The position numbers and the translations under genes are program-made. From contig CAZJMX010000007.1 of assembly GCA_964547345.1 (NCBI GenBank), forward strand, positions 35,791 through 99,790: a stretch of DNA of 64,000 bases, read 5' to 3'. Origin of the DNA: an uncultured Smithella sp. (GTDB taxonomy: Bacteria > Desulfobacterota > Syntrophia > Syntrophales > Smithellaceae). This document shows, one piece after another, positions 46,491-55,030 of this stretch (position 1 is the stretch's first letter; every line of letters begins with the position of its first letter). A model generated the notes under the pieces. The model made no database searches. It had not been told where the DNA came from and saw only the letters and a list, made by a program, of their open reading frames with translations.

Positions 46491-47153
46491 TCAGAACAAC
46501 AGATACCCCTGCACCAGCAGAGCCTGCCCGACCAGGTAAGCGCCCATCGTGAACAACCGTTCCAAGGGAACCTCTCGCACAAACCTGTTGTAGGCGTTAA
46601 TCGTATCAGAGACCATAAATACAAACGCACCCGCCATCACTGTTACGGCGCCGGCAATGTGCACGCTTCCCAGAGGAAGAACGGTACTTGCCCCCATCAA
46701 AACAATGATGATGATATAAGCGATGATGGCCGGAAGCATCCTGCCCGCGTGGGGGGCGATGAGCCGGTACCCGATAATGCCTGCCGCAACATAGACCGCA
46801 AGCAAGCTCAAGCCCCAAGCAGGCACGTTTCCCGCGCGGGGGAGATAGGCGGCAAAGACGGCGATATAAAGAATATGCCCGAACAGAAAGGCGGCCAGAC
46901 CGGGCTTGAAATATCGACGTGTTTTCTGCGGGTCCGGTATCATGAGAAAGATATCTCCCAGCCAACCGCACACTATTGCGGCAATAAGGACGTAATTCAG
47001 TTGCGCGGCCGATGCCGCATAATACATTGCAAGCGCAGGCATGAGCAAGGGCTTGGTGATATAGCGTCCTATCCGGAACCAGACCGCTTCGCAGGCAAGA
47101 TGGGCGACAGAGACCATGATGAAGAGAATCAGAAATATTCCGGAAATCGTCAT
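46491..47153 (-). CDS. YhhN-family membrane protein (lysoplasmalogenase-like)
   Basis: 220-aa polytopic protein with KPLLMP ... GWLGDIFLM, a pattern I associate with YhhN/TMEM86. Confidence 0.6.
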   Translation of the reverse strand: MTISGIFLILFIMVSVAHLACEAVWFRIGRYITKPLLMPALAMYYAASAAQLNYVLIAAIVCGWLGDIFLMIPDPQKTRRYFKPGLAAFLFGHILYIAVFAAYLPRAGNVPAWGLSLLAVYVAAGIIGYRLIAPHAGRMLPAIIAYIIIIVLMGASTVLPLGSVHIAGAVTVMAGAFVFMVSDTINAYNRFVREVPLERLFTMGAYLVGQALLVQGYLLF

Positions 47154-47376
47154 GCGTTCCTCCCTACGACGAAAAATAATTTATCAGCTTAAGGATGCCC
47201 CCAATACCACCCTTTTCTCAAGCGTTTTTTTAGCGGCAGGCGGCACAGTATCCTTTCTGCCTGAAATAATTGAATTACAAAATACCCAACGGACTGGACT
47301 GCCCTGATACATCCCCAAACATTTTCGTTTGTTTTTTGGCCTATTGATGTAAAATAGCCATGTGGAGGGCTTATCA

Positions 47377-49305
47377 ATGATACGCATTAAAAGATGGCAT
47401 ATCCCCGGCGTGTTTTTCTTTATTTGCACGCTCACCGTTTATCTTCTTTCAATAGCGCAATCAGGCCTTTGCCAGACCCTTCCATCGTCCCGCATCTTCC
47501 TCAGTGCCTGGCACAATGCTGGTTGTCCTCCCATTGCGATTGAATATAGCGGACTGGCGAATGTAAAAAATTTCGGCGCCGCAGGCAACGGAATTGCCAA
47601 CGACCAGCCCGCAGTCTCCGCAGCCATCGCGTCGCTTTCCGGAATGCCCGGAGTCATTTATTTCCCTGCGGGGGCCTACCTCATTCAATCGCCAATCAGC
47701 GTTCCATCCCATGTCATCCTGCGCGGGCAAAGTTCGAAGAATACCATCCTGCGCTTTGATTTTGTGGATCATGCCATACGCATCTACGGCAGCGAAGCGG
47801 GAAGCTGGATACCCTTAACGGCTTCCGCTGCGATGCATAACAACACAATCATTGTAGAAGACGGCAGTGCCTTTTCGGTTGGGGACGATGCGATCATTCG
47901 ACAGAATAACGATCCTGCCTGGAATATCACCGATGCCTGGGCGCAGCATTCCGCAGGGCAGATTGTGAAAATTACCGGCGTTGCCGGAAACACGCTCACG
48001 CTGGAGCGGCCTTTGCGCCACGACTACCCGTTGACCCGAGCGCCTCAGATCAGGCGCATTAACGCCAATAAGCATAGCGGCGTGGAAAATATGAAGCTTG
48101 AGCGCCTCATTGCAGGAGATAATACAACCAGGAATAATCAGTACACCATCCACTTCTCCTACGCTGCGGAGGCCTGGGTCCGCGGGGTTCATAGCTACAA
48201 AGCGTTCGGCAGCCACATCGCCATGGATAACAGCACTAAAATTGATATCACCGGCAGTTATCTGGAAGATGCGCACGAATATAACGACGGCGGTTCCGGC
48301 TATGGCGTAAAGGTACAGGCCAGAAGCGGCGAGTGTTTGATTGAAAACAATATTTTCAGACGACTGCGCCACTCCATTCTCTTGCAGTCGGGCGCAAACG
48401 GCAATGTGTTTGGCTACAACTATTCGCGCGATACCCAAAGCGATTCACACCCGTCCTGGGCGGGAGACATAGCCCTGCATGGAAACTATCCTTATGCCAA
48501 CCTGTTTGAAGGAAATATTGTTGAGCACCTCTGGATAGACGACTCTCACGACGGCATCAATGGTCCCCTAAACACATTCTTCCGCAATCGGGCGGAAAAA
48601 TGCGGCTTCAACATGACGGACGCAGGCGCCAACAGCCAGAACGTGGTCGGAAACGAACTCAACCGGGGAGGATCGGCGGCCCAACTTGCCGCGGGGAATG
48701 GATATCATTTTCTGGGAACCGATCATTTTACGTATGGCAATAATACGCAGGCCGCAGGCCTTCAGCCCCCCGACACCGCCAACTTGCCGGACACGTCCTA
48801 TTATCTGATAGGTGCTCCGTCTGAAATACCGGATTGGTGGAACGTTACTGATACGCTGCCGATTATTGGCCCTGAACATAATCTCTCTCAAACAAAAAAT
48901 AACCCGGCCCGCGCCCGTTATGATCTGGAGTATAACAATAACGTCATCGGCGGAGCGGATGGAGGCGGCGGCGGATGTTTTATTGCCACGGCGGCTTTCG
49001 GATCACCTGTGGCGCGGCAGGTGCAAATCCTGAGAGATTTCCGAGACCGCTACCTGCTTCATTTCAACGCCGGCAAAGCTTTTGTGAAGTTCTATTATGC
49101 GGTCAGTCCACCTATAGCTGAGTTCATAGCCGGAAATGACAGCCTGCGCCTGCTCGCCCGCTGGATGTTAATGCCGGTGATTGGCGCTGCTTATCTGATG
49201 ATGAGTTGGGGCGCCGCGACGACCTTTATATTGATGCTATCCTTACTGCTTGCGCTTGGCGCTCTCGTCTTGATCATGCGCAGGAAAATGATCCTCTCCC
49301 GCTAA
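47377..49305 (+). CDS. Secreted right-handed beta-helix (pectate-lyase-superfamily) protein with a CFIATAA-type C-terminal anchor
   Basis: GGAGGG RBS before ATG 47377, then a signal peptide. NVKNFGAAGNGIANDQPAV, typical of Pectate_lyase_3-type N-termini. C-terminal GGGGGCFIATAAFGSP ... LRDFRDRYL followed by a hydrophobic tail. Confidence 0.75.
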   Translation: MIRIKRWHIPGVFFFICTLTVYLLSIAQSGLCQTLPSSRIFLSAWHNAGCPPIAIEYSGLANVKNFGAAGNGIANDQPAVSAAIASLSGMPGVIYFPAGAYLIQSPISVPSHVILRGQSSKNTILRFDFVDHAIRIYGSEAGSWIPLTASAAMHNNTIIVEDGSAFSVGDDAIIRQNNDPAWNITDAWAQHSAGQIVKITGVAGNTLTLERPLRHDYPLTRAPQIRRINANKHSGVENMKLERLIAGDNTTRNNQYTIHFSYAAEAWVRGVHSYKAFGSHIAMDNSTKIDITGSYLEDAHEYNDGGSGYGVKVQARSGECLIENNIFRRLRHSILLQSGANGNVFGYNYSRDTQSDSHPSWAGDIALHGNYPYANLFEGNIVEHLWIDDSHDGINGPLNTFFRNRAEKCGFNMTDAGANSQNVVGNELNRGGSAAQLAAGNGYHFLGTDHFTYGNNTQAAGLQPPDTANLPDTSYYLIGAPSEIPDWWNVTDTLPIIGPEHNLSQTKNNPARARYDLEYNNNVIGGADGGGGGCFIATAAFGSPVARQVQILRDFRDRYLLHFNAGKAFVKFYYAVSPPIAEFIAGNDSLRLLARWMLMPVIGAAYLMMSWGAATTFILMLSLLLALGALVLIMRRKMILSR

Positions 49306-49351
49306 AGGCGAGGATCAGAAGACGCTATCATTTATGGATAGGATAGATCCA

Positions 49352-50419
49352 TTAATCCTTTAGAAACATCTTGATGACAACTGCGATATCCCGTTCACCG
49401 ATATCTTCGGGTATGGCTTTTTCTTCCACTTCTCCCAGAATTTTTATTTTCGAAAGGATTTCTTTCCAATGTTTGCCTGACACCTCGGCATACAGGATTA
49501 CGCTGCGATCCAGAATCCGTCTGGATTTGATTTTTGTTTCATAGCCTGCCAGTATCTTTTCTACATCGGCAATAGCGGCGCCGAGATCATCCACCCGAAG
49601 CCATACCGAAGCCTGCAGCGGCCCCGCCGTCGATGCCGCCATGGAACGCGGCGCGGCAGGCGCGGCCATTTTATAGGATTCCTTCTTTTTTGCCATGCCC
49701 GATGACAGGCGATTCTCCGCGTTTCTCTCCTGATCCGCAAGCTCGGTTTTGGCGGATTTGGGCTCTTCGGTTCTGGCCTGAACCGCAGGATAGACTTCAT
49801 CTTTCTTTCCGGCCAACCCTTTACCCTTACTGGCATCCGTCTCTATCGCCGCCTGGGGTTTGGCCTCCGGTTCTGTCGATTTCTGAAGACTTCCGCCGGC
49901 GGCCACATCCTTCACCGGTTCTTTTGCCCGTTTAGTTTCTTCCCGCATAGCCGCTTTTTTATTCGGGGTGGCAGGTTGGGCCATATCTTTGGTTGGTGTG
50001 GGCTCCGGCAGCGGCTGTTCTTTTTGGACTTCAACTGCCGGCGGACGGGCTCCCGGCAAAAACTGTTTTACCTGTTCATCACCCGACCGATAAATATAAA
50101 CGGCCAGAACCGCAATCACAATCGTTGCCATAATCTGAATGGGGATCTTGATGCGCAAAGGATAAAACCATTTTTGCGCGAGACTTTTCTTTTCAGCCTC
50201 TTTCCTAACCTGCGCCATTATTTTTTGCTGAAACCAGGGCGGCTCTTCCACATCAGGCAAGTCAGCCACAAGCTTCCCTGCTTTTTGCAGACAAGCCATT
50301 TCTTTCCGGCAAATGATACAGCCCGCCAGATGCTCCTCAACCCGGTGCTTCTCCGCAGCGGATAAAACGCCTTCCAGATAAAGAGGCAGAAGATTTTCAA
50401 TGTCGTGACAATTTTTCAT
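49352..50419 (-). CDS. Anti-sigma factor (zf-HC2, single TM, low-complexity periplasmic linker, C-terminal globular domain)
   Basis: Hx3Cx2C in EEHLAGCIIC. TM segment IQIMATIVIAVLAVYIY. ATGA overlap with the ECF sigma gene. Confidence 0.8.
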   Translation of the reverse strand: MKNCHDIENLLPLYLEGVLSAAEKHRVEEHLAGCIICRKEMACLQKAGKLVADLPDVEEPPWFQQKIMAQVRKEAEKKSLAQKWFYPLRIKIPIQIMATIVIAVLAVYIYRSGDEQVKQFLPGARPPAVEVQKEQPLPEPTPTKDMAQPATPNKKAAMREETKRAKEPVKDVAAGGSLQKSTEPEAKPQAAIETDASKGKGLAGKKDEVYPAVQARTEEPKSAKTELADQERNAENRLSSGMAKKKESYKMAAPAAPRSMAASTAGPLQASVWLRVDDLGAAIADVEKILAGYETKIKSRRILDRSVILYAEVSGKHWKEILSKIKILGEVEEKAIPEDIGERDIAVVIKMFLKD

Positions 50420-51033
50420 AAATCACCGATCACTTTTTTCAGACAATCTTTCATCGCCAGCCTCGCGCGGGACAGCCGCGACTTCACCGTTCCGTCGGGA
50501 ATCTGCAAGACCTCCCGAATCTCTTCATAGGAACATCCCTGAATATCCCGCAGCACTAACACCTCCCGAAAGTCACCCTCCAGCGCGCCAATGCATTTCT
50601 GAACCTGCGCTTCCAGCTCACGACGTTCCAGTTGCCGGGCCGGATCACTATCATTCGATGCCGCAAAACACTGGGCGCAATCGCCCGCTCCTTCCATTGT
50701 CAAAAGCGATGCGCCTTCACGGCGCAACTCGCTTTGACGCGCCTTGAGCCGGTTTTTGGCAAAGTTGATGACAATCCGGTACAGCCATGTGGAAAACTTC
50801 GCTTCGGCCTTGAATTTGCCAATGGAGCGAAAAGCTGCCAGAAACGCTTCCTGCGTGACATCGCAGGCCTCATCATAATCCCCCAGCATCCGGCAGGCGA
50901 TGTTGAGCATCTTTTTGGAATGCCTGGCAACCAGCACGGAAAACGCTTCCGTATCACCCTTGCGGCAGGCCATGACGTATTCCAGATCGTCATCAACTGC
51001 CGGCGGTTTCTTATCCTCTAGGGTCTTAGACAT
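50416..51033 (-). CDS. ECF-type RNA polymerase sigma factor
   Basis: Region 2 (FSVLVARHSKKMLNIACRML ... DVTQEAFLAAF ... STWLYRIVIN) and region 4 (REVLVLRDIQGCSYEEIREVLQIPDGTVKSRLSRAR). The start is uncertain: 51033, 51072 or 51129. Confidence 0.85.
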   Translation of the reverse strand: MSKTLEDKKPPAVDDDLEYVMACRKGDTEAFSVLVARHSKKMLNIACRMLGDYDEACDVTQEAFLAAFRSIGKFKAEAKFSTWLYRIVINFAKNRLKARQSELRREGASLLTMEGAGDCAQCFAASNDSDPARQLERRELEAQVQKCIGALEGDFREVLVLRDIQGCSYEEIREVLQIPDGTVKSRLSRARLAMKDCLKKVIGDL

Positions 51034-51149
51034 CCACAACAACGTTTTTGTTCCCCTCAAACGTCTGTCCATAAAATTTTCATATTGCGACAGATCAGTC
51101 GTTTTTACTGATGACAGGCCCAAACTCAATACCGATCATAGGATTCCCA

Positions 51150-51179
51150 TTGACTTTTAAGACATTATTTCCATATAAT
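51150..51179 (+). promoter_or_regulatory. Near-consensus sigma-70 promoter upstream of the CHAT gene
   Basis: TTGACT (51150..51155), an 18-nt spacer, then TATAAT (51174..51179). This is about 85 nt upstream of ATG 51266. Confidence 0.45.
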
Positions 51180-51265
51180 CAAGCCCCTAAGCGGGAAATC
51201 TTATCAATACTTTACTCTAAAGATATAAGTTGAATTTCTTTTCCATATTCAAAGGAGAATTTCAG

Positions 51266-53506
51266 ATGAAAAAAGACGAAGAGTCTGCCTCAGAAAATAT
51301 GAACCTCCCTGACAAACGCAAGACAGAGCCGTTGGCCGGTTTCGATAAGCTTGCAGGTCATACATTGCCTCCCGGCATTCATACGGAATTTATCACCCTC
51401 CCCGCGATTCTTTCAGTGAGTGAGGCCCTGGCAGCTATTCGGGACCGCCGGACGAAGGCCGTGGTGATTCGTCGTTTCATAGATAACAATCCCATGTATT
51501 ATCTCTTCACCGTTTTGGAGATACAAGAAAAGCTGCGGGGCAAAGATCCGGACGAGATCATTTCTATTGCTTTGGATCTTCACGAAAGCGGCAGCATTGT
51601 GACCATCCCCTTGCAGGCGGCAGTAAAGCAGTTGCGGGACGGAACATCCAGCTTCCAGCCTACCCTCGTTATTGATAACGGCAAGGTGACAGGCTACCTC
51701 GACCCCAAACCATGTATGACAGCCGCAGAAAGTCCCTGCGAGAAACTGACTGAGAAAAGAAGCGACACATTCTTTAAAATCGATCCCTCTGCCGTTGATG
51801 CGGCCATTGATCGCATGGCCCACAAAAAGAAAAGCTCACGGCGGGGAAGTTCTATCGACAGCATCGAAGAGTCCTTCTCGCCTGCTGAAGCTTCGGGAAT
51901 GGAAAAACATGTCGTCCGCCGCAATCAGGTGTATCAGGAAACCATCCCCTCACCACCCCCGGCGGCAGCTCCGATGCCTCCTGCTTCTTCAGACACACCC
52001 TGTCATTTCGCGGCACAGATGCCCGAAGAGGTGGTCGCAGGGGAACCGGAGCAGGTGCAGATCACGCTGTCGCGCGAGGAAATCGACCTGATCATTGGCG
52101 CGTCATCTGCAAAAGGCAGCGCACCCTTGCCCGCTTTGCCTGATCAGAAGATCACCGTCCGTCTCATTCCCAAGCGGAACTTTGATGTCGTCGGCGATTC
52201 CCGCGCTGATGTGATTGTGCCACAGCCTGGCGAACCCGCCGTCACACTGTATTTCGACGTCAGGCCCGGCACGCCGGGCGATGGTGAACTATGGATCGCA
52301 TTTTGCCGGGGCCCCGTATCTCTGGTGACGCTCAAGCTCAAGCCGCAAATTGTGGCCAAACGCTCCGTCGCCGGCGCGGAATCGATTCAAGCCGAAATCC
52401 GTGCCACACCGCCTGCGGGCCTATCGGAGCGGGTAAACATCATGTTAACTTATGTTTTAGAGAACAACGGCAAAAAAAGATATAAGTACTGCCTGATGTG
52501 CGATTCCATCGATGTGGGCGGCGATTTTGAATCGCCCGAATTAAACGGCGACATCATGACGGTCCTGAAACCCTATATGGATTTATTTGATAAGGTGGAA
52601 ACCGGCGCCCAGGACGATTTTGACCAGTTGCAACTTCAGTTGCGGAGCATCGGCGCCAAACTTTTCCAGACGCTTTTTCCGAAAGAACTTCAACGTATTT
52701 TCTGGGAAAACCGGGACAAAATAACACACCTCAAGCTCTACTGCGAAGAACCCTATATTCCCTGGGAAATTCTCCATGTGTGTGAGCCGGGCAAACCCCT
52801 GCCCCCGGAAACAAAATTTCTGGGGCAAATGGGTCTGGTACGATGGCTTCACGGCCACACCGCGCCCACGCAGTTGCGTGTGCGGCCCGGACGCGCCTGG
52901 TACGTGACACCCGCCTATCGGGGCAATGAGCTGGAAAAGGCCAAACAGGAAGGCCAACTCTTGGAAACGCTGTTTGCCGCAAAACCCGTCAGCCCCGCAA
53001 CTCGGCCGGAAGTCACCAAGCTCCTGGGCGCACAAGGTCCTTTTGATCTCTTCCATTTCGCGGGACATGGTCAGGCATCTGAGGCGCAGATCTCGGAGAG
53101 CCGCATTGAACTCGAAGCCTCGGGATCCGACACCAACAAAATGCTCAGAGATTTGACGCCGGATATCGTTTCCGGCTTGTGCCAACTCAAAGCCCAAGAC
53201 GGTACGCGGCCGATTGTCGTTCTCAATTCGTGTCGGGCCGGTAAGATCGGAAGCCATCTGACAGGCCTGGGCGGTTTTGCTCCCGCGTTTCTCGAACGCG
53301 AAGCCGGTGTGTTTGTCGGCGCCCTGTGGATGATCGGTGACGAACCGGCGCTCACCTTTATCCAGGCGTTTTATGAGGCGCTTAGCGATGGTAAAATCAT
53401 GGCGGATGCGGTAAAAGCAGGACGGGAAAAAGCCCGCCTGGCGGGAGATGCAACGTATCTGGCATATGTCGTCTACGCCGATCCGTTCGCGCATCTGGTT
53501 CAATAA
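51266..53506 (+). CDS. CHAT-domain (caspase-like) protease with a possible N-terminal CBS-like pair and a central Pro-rich/beta-rich region
   Basis: AAAGGAG RBS. C-terminal His/Cys dyad context FHFAGHG ... VVLNSCRAG. The N-terminal 40-170 shows two beta-alpha-beta-beta-alpha-like units (tentative CBS). Confidence 0.8.
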   Translation: MKKDEESASENMNLPDKRKTEPLAGFDKLAGHTLPPGIHTEFITLPAILSVSEALAAIRDRRTKAVVIRRFIDNNPMYYLFTVLEIQEKLRGKDPDEIISIALDLHESGSIVTIPLQAAVKQLRDGTSSFQPTLVIDNGKVTGYLDPKPCMTAAESPCEKLTEKRSDTFFKIDPSAVDAAIDRMAHKKKSSRRGSSIDSIEESFSPAEASGMEKHVVRRNQVYQETIPSPPPAAAPMPPASSDTPCHFAAQMPEEVVAGEPEQVQITLSREEIDLIIGASSAKGSAPLPALPDQKITVRLIPKRNFDVVGDSRADVIVPQPGEPAVTLYFDVRPGTPGDGELWIAFCRGPVSLVTLKLKPQIVAKRSVAGAESIQAEIRATPPAGLSERVNIMLTYVLENNGKKRYKYCLMCDSIDVGGDFESPELNGDIMTVLKPYMDLFDKVETGAQDDFDQLQLQLRSIGAKLFQTLFPKELQRIFWENRDKITHLKLYCEEPYIPWEILHVCEPGKPLPPETKFLGQMGLVRWLHGHTAPTQLRVRPGRAWYVTPAYRGNELEKAKQEGQLLETLFAAKPVSPATRPEVTKLLGAQGPFDLFHFAGHGQASEAQISESRIELEASGSDTNKMLRDLTPDIVSGLCQLKAQDGTRPIVVLNSCRAGKIGSHLTGLGGFAPAFLEREAGVFVGALWMIGDEPALTFIQAFYEALSDGKIMADAVKAGREKARLAGDATYLAYVVYADPFAHLVQ

Positions 53507-53549
53507 GCATTCAACCGGCCCTTTTGCCAAATCAAAAAGGAGAAATGCC

Positions 53550-54899
53550 ATGCCCGACAGAAAAATCATTGATATTCACTGCCATCTATTCAACGCACAA
53601 TATGCGATTATGGAACTTGCCGCCGCCACATGGAATCATCTCTGGGGTGATTACCCTCATCAAAAAGGCGAGTTAAAAAGAAGAACGGCCCGGGGCGTCT
53701 TAGATACGCTGGAAGGCGTCAAGGATTTTGCCGCATGGATCGCCAGGCTTCTGGAAGCCATGTTGTCGGATAGCGAAGGCAATTTTGATACAGCCCGGAA
53801 AAAGTTTGCCGAAAGCGCTCTGGGTCAGGCATCAACGCTTGCCTGCGCCCCGCTGATGATGGACATCTACTTTGCCCTCGACAACAACAACGATGAAGAG
53901 GAAGCAAGTTACAAGGATCGGCGTTCAACAAAGGGGATTGAAACGTTTGTCATTCCTGAAGATCAGAAAATAAATTTTGATACGCACTTCAATGACATCA
54001 AAAATATCATCGCCGCCGAGATTCAAAAAACGTTGAAAACAAAAAGGCGGTCATCAGACCAGATGCTCAACGTCATCTTTGACGACGCCAAAAGTCAACT
54101 ACTTGCCACCTCAGGGAAAACCCGCAGAGGGAGCGATTCTTATGAAGGCATCGAACTCTCCCCGGGCTACAAGAAACACATGGAGGATTTAGAAGACCTC
54201 TGCGAAAAATATCCGGAACAAGTTTTTCCGTTCCTGGCCGTGGACCCGCGGAGAATCGGCATTCTGGAGCTCATTGACATGAAAGTCGACAAAGGCCGGG
54301 GCCTTTTCAAGGGCATCAAACTTTATCCGCCGCTGGGTTATCTGCCCACCCATCCAAATCTGGAACCTGTTTTTGAATATTGTTCCCAGTACGATATTCC
54401 GATCACCTTGCACTGTTCACCGGGCGGCCTGCAGAATTTCCGCAGCGATAATTACATGAGAAGCTTTGAGGGCGATGATCATTGGGAGGATTTCGAAGCT
54501 CTGGAAGGCAACAAGAGCCGCTACTACACAGCTCCTGAAAAATGGCTGCCTGTATTAAAAAAATGGCCCAACCTGCGCATCAACTTCGCCCATTTCGGCG
54601 GCGGAGAACAACTCGACACAGGCGATACCGTGTGGATGAACGACATATTAAAAATAATTGAGGCGCACCCAAATGTTTATACCGACGTATCCTACCACGC
54701 CAAACCGGACTTACCGGAAAAAATTGCCGACGTCATCGCTAAGCATGACATCCTGAATTCAAGACTCATGTTCGGTACGGATTTTATCATGATTATGATG
54801 GATAAAGACCTGGGCGGTCTGGACAAATACTTTGATCATTTTACTTCATTCAAGAACAATTTACTGTGCGACAATGCGAAGAGTTTCCTCAAGCTGTAA
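53550..54899 (+). CDS. Amidohydrolase_2-type metal-dependent TIM-barrel hydrolase with a large insertion
   Basis: AAAGGAG RBS. IIDIHCHLF (HxH), GIKLYP, ITLHC, NFAHFGG, NVYTDVSY and LMFGTDF. About 200 charged residues lie between the HxH and the next conserved strand. Confidence 0.75.
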   Translation: MPDRKIIDIHCHLFNAQYAIMELAAATWNHLWGDYPHQKGELKRRTARGVLDTLEGVKDFAAWIARLLEAMLSDSEGNFDTARKKFAESALGQASTLACAPLMMDIYFALDNNNDEEEASYKDRRSTKGIETFVIPEDQKINFDTHFNDIKNIIAAEIQKTLKTKRRSSDQMLNVIFDDAKSQLLATSGKTRRGSDSYEGIELSPGYKKHMEDLEDLCEKYPEQVFPFLAVDPRRIGILELIDMKVDKGRGLFKGIKLYPPLGYLPTHPNLEPVFEYCSQYDIPITLHCSPGGLQNFRSDNYMRSFEGDDHWEDFEALEGNKSRYYTAPEKWLPVLKKWPNLRINFAHFGGGEQLDTGDTVWMNDILKIIEAHPNVYTDVSYHAKPDLPEKIADVIAKHDILNSRLMFGTDFIMIMMDKDLGGLDKYFDHFTSFKNNLLCDNAKSFLKL

Positions 54900-54908
54900 G
54901 AAACATTA

Positions 54909-54997
54909 GATTGCCACGCTACCTTCGGTAGCTCGCAATGACAAAAAGATAAGCTGTTACGATCTTTAAAATACTGGATTCCCGCCTGCGCGAGAAT
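54909..54997. repeat. Two REP-like imperfect hairpins each ending in ...GCAATGAC / ...GAATGAC
   Basis: ATTGCcac-GCTACC-ttc-GGTAGC-tc-GCAAT (54909..54939) and ATTCCCGC-ctgc-GCGAGAAT (54978..54997). Both lie in a convergent intergenic region. Confidence 0.6.
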
Positions 54998-55030
54998 GAC
55001 GGCTGAATAAAAGGCACTCCCCTTAGTACC

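Noticed and set aside
46110-46630. 107-aa and 93-aa minus-strand ORFs in or near the GGDEF/YhhN spacer
   Set aside because: They are Pro/Arg/Ser-rich, overlap neighbouring gene ends and lack start context. They are not credible genes.
52583-53569. 328-aa minus-strand ORF across the CHAT domain region
   Set aside because: The plus-strand frame carries the CHAT His/Cys motifs, a strong RBS and a promoter. The antisense frame has no recognisable features.
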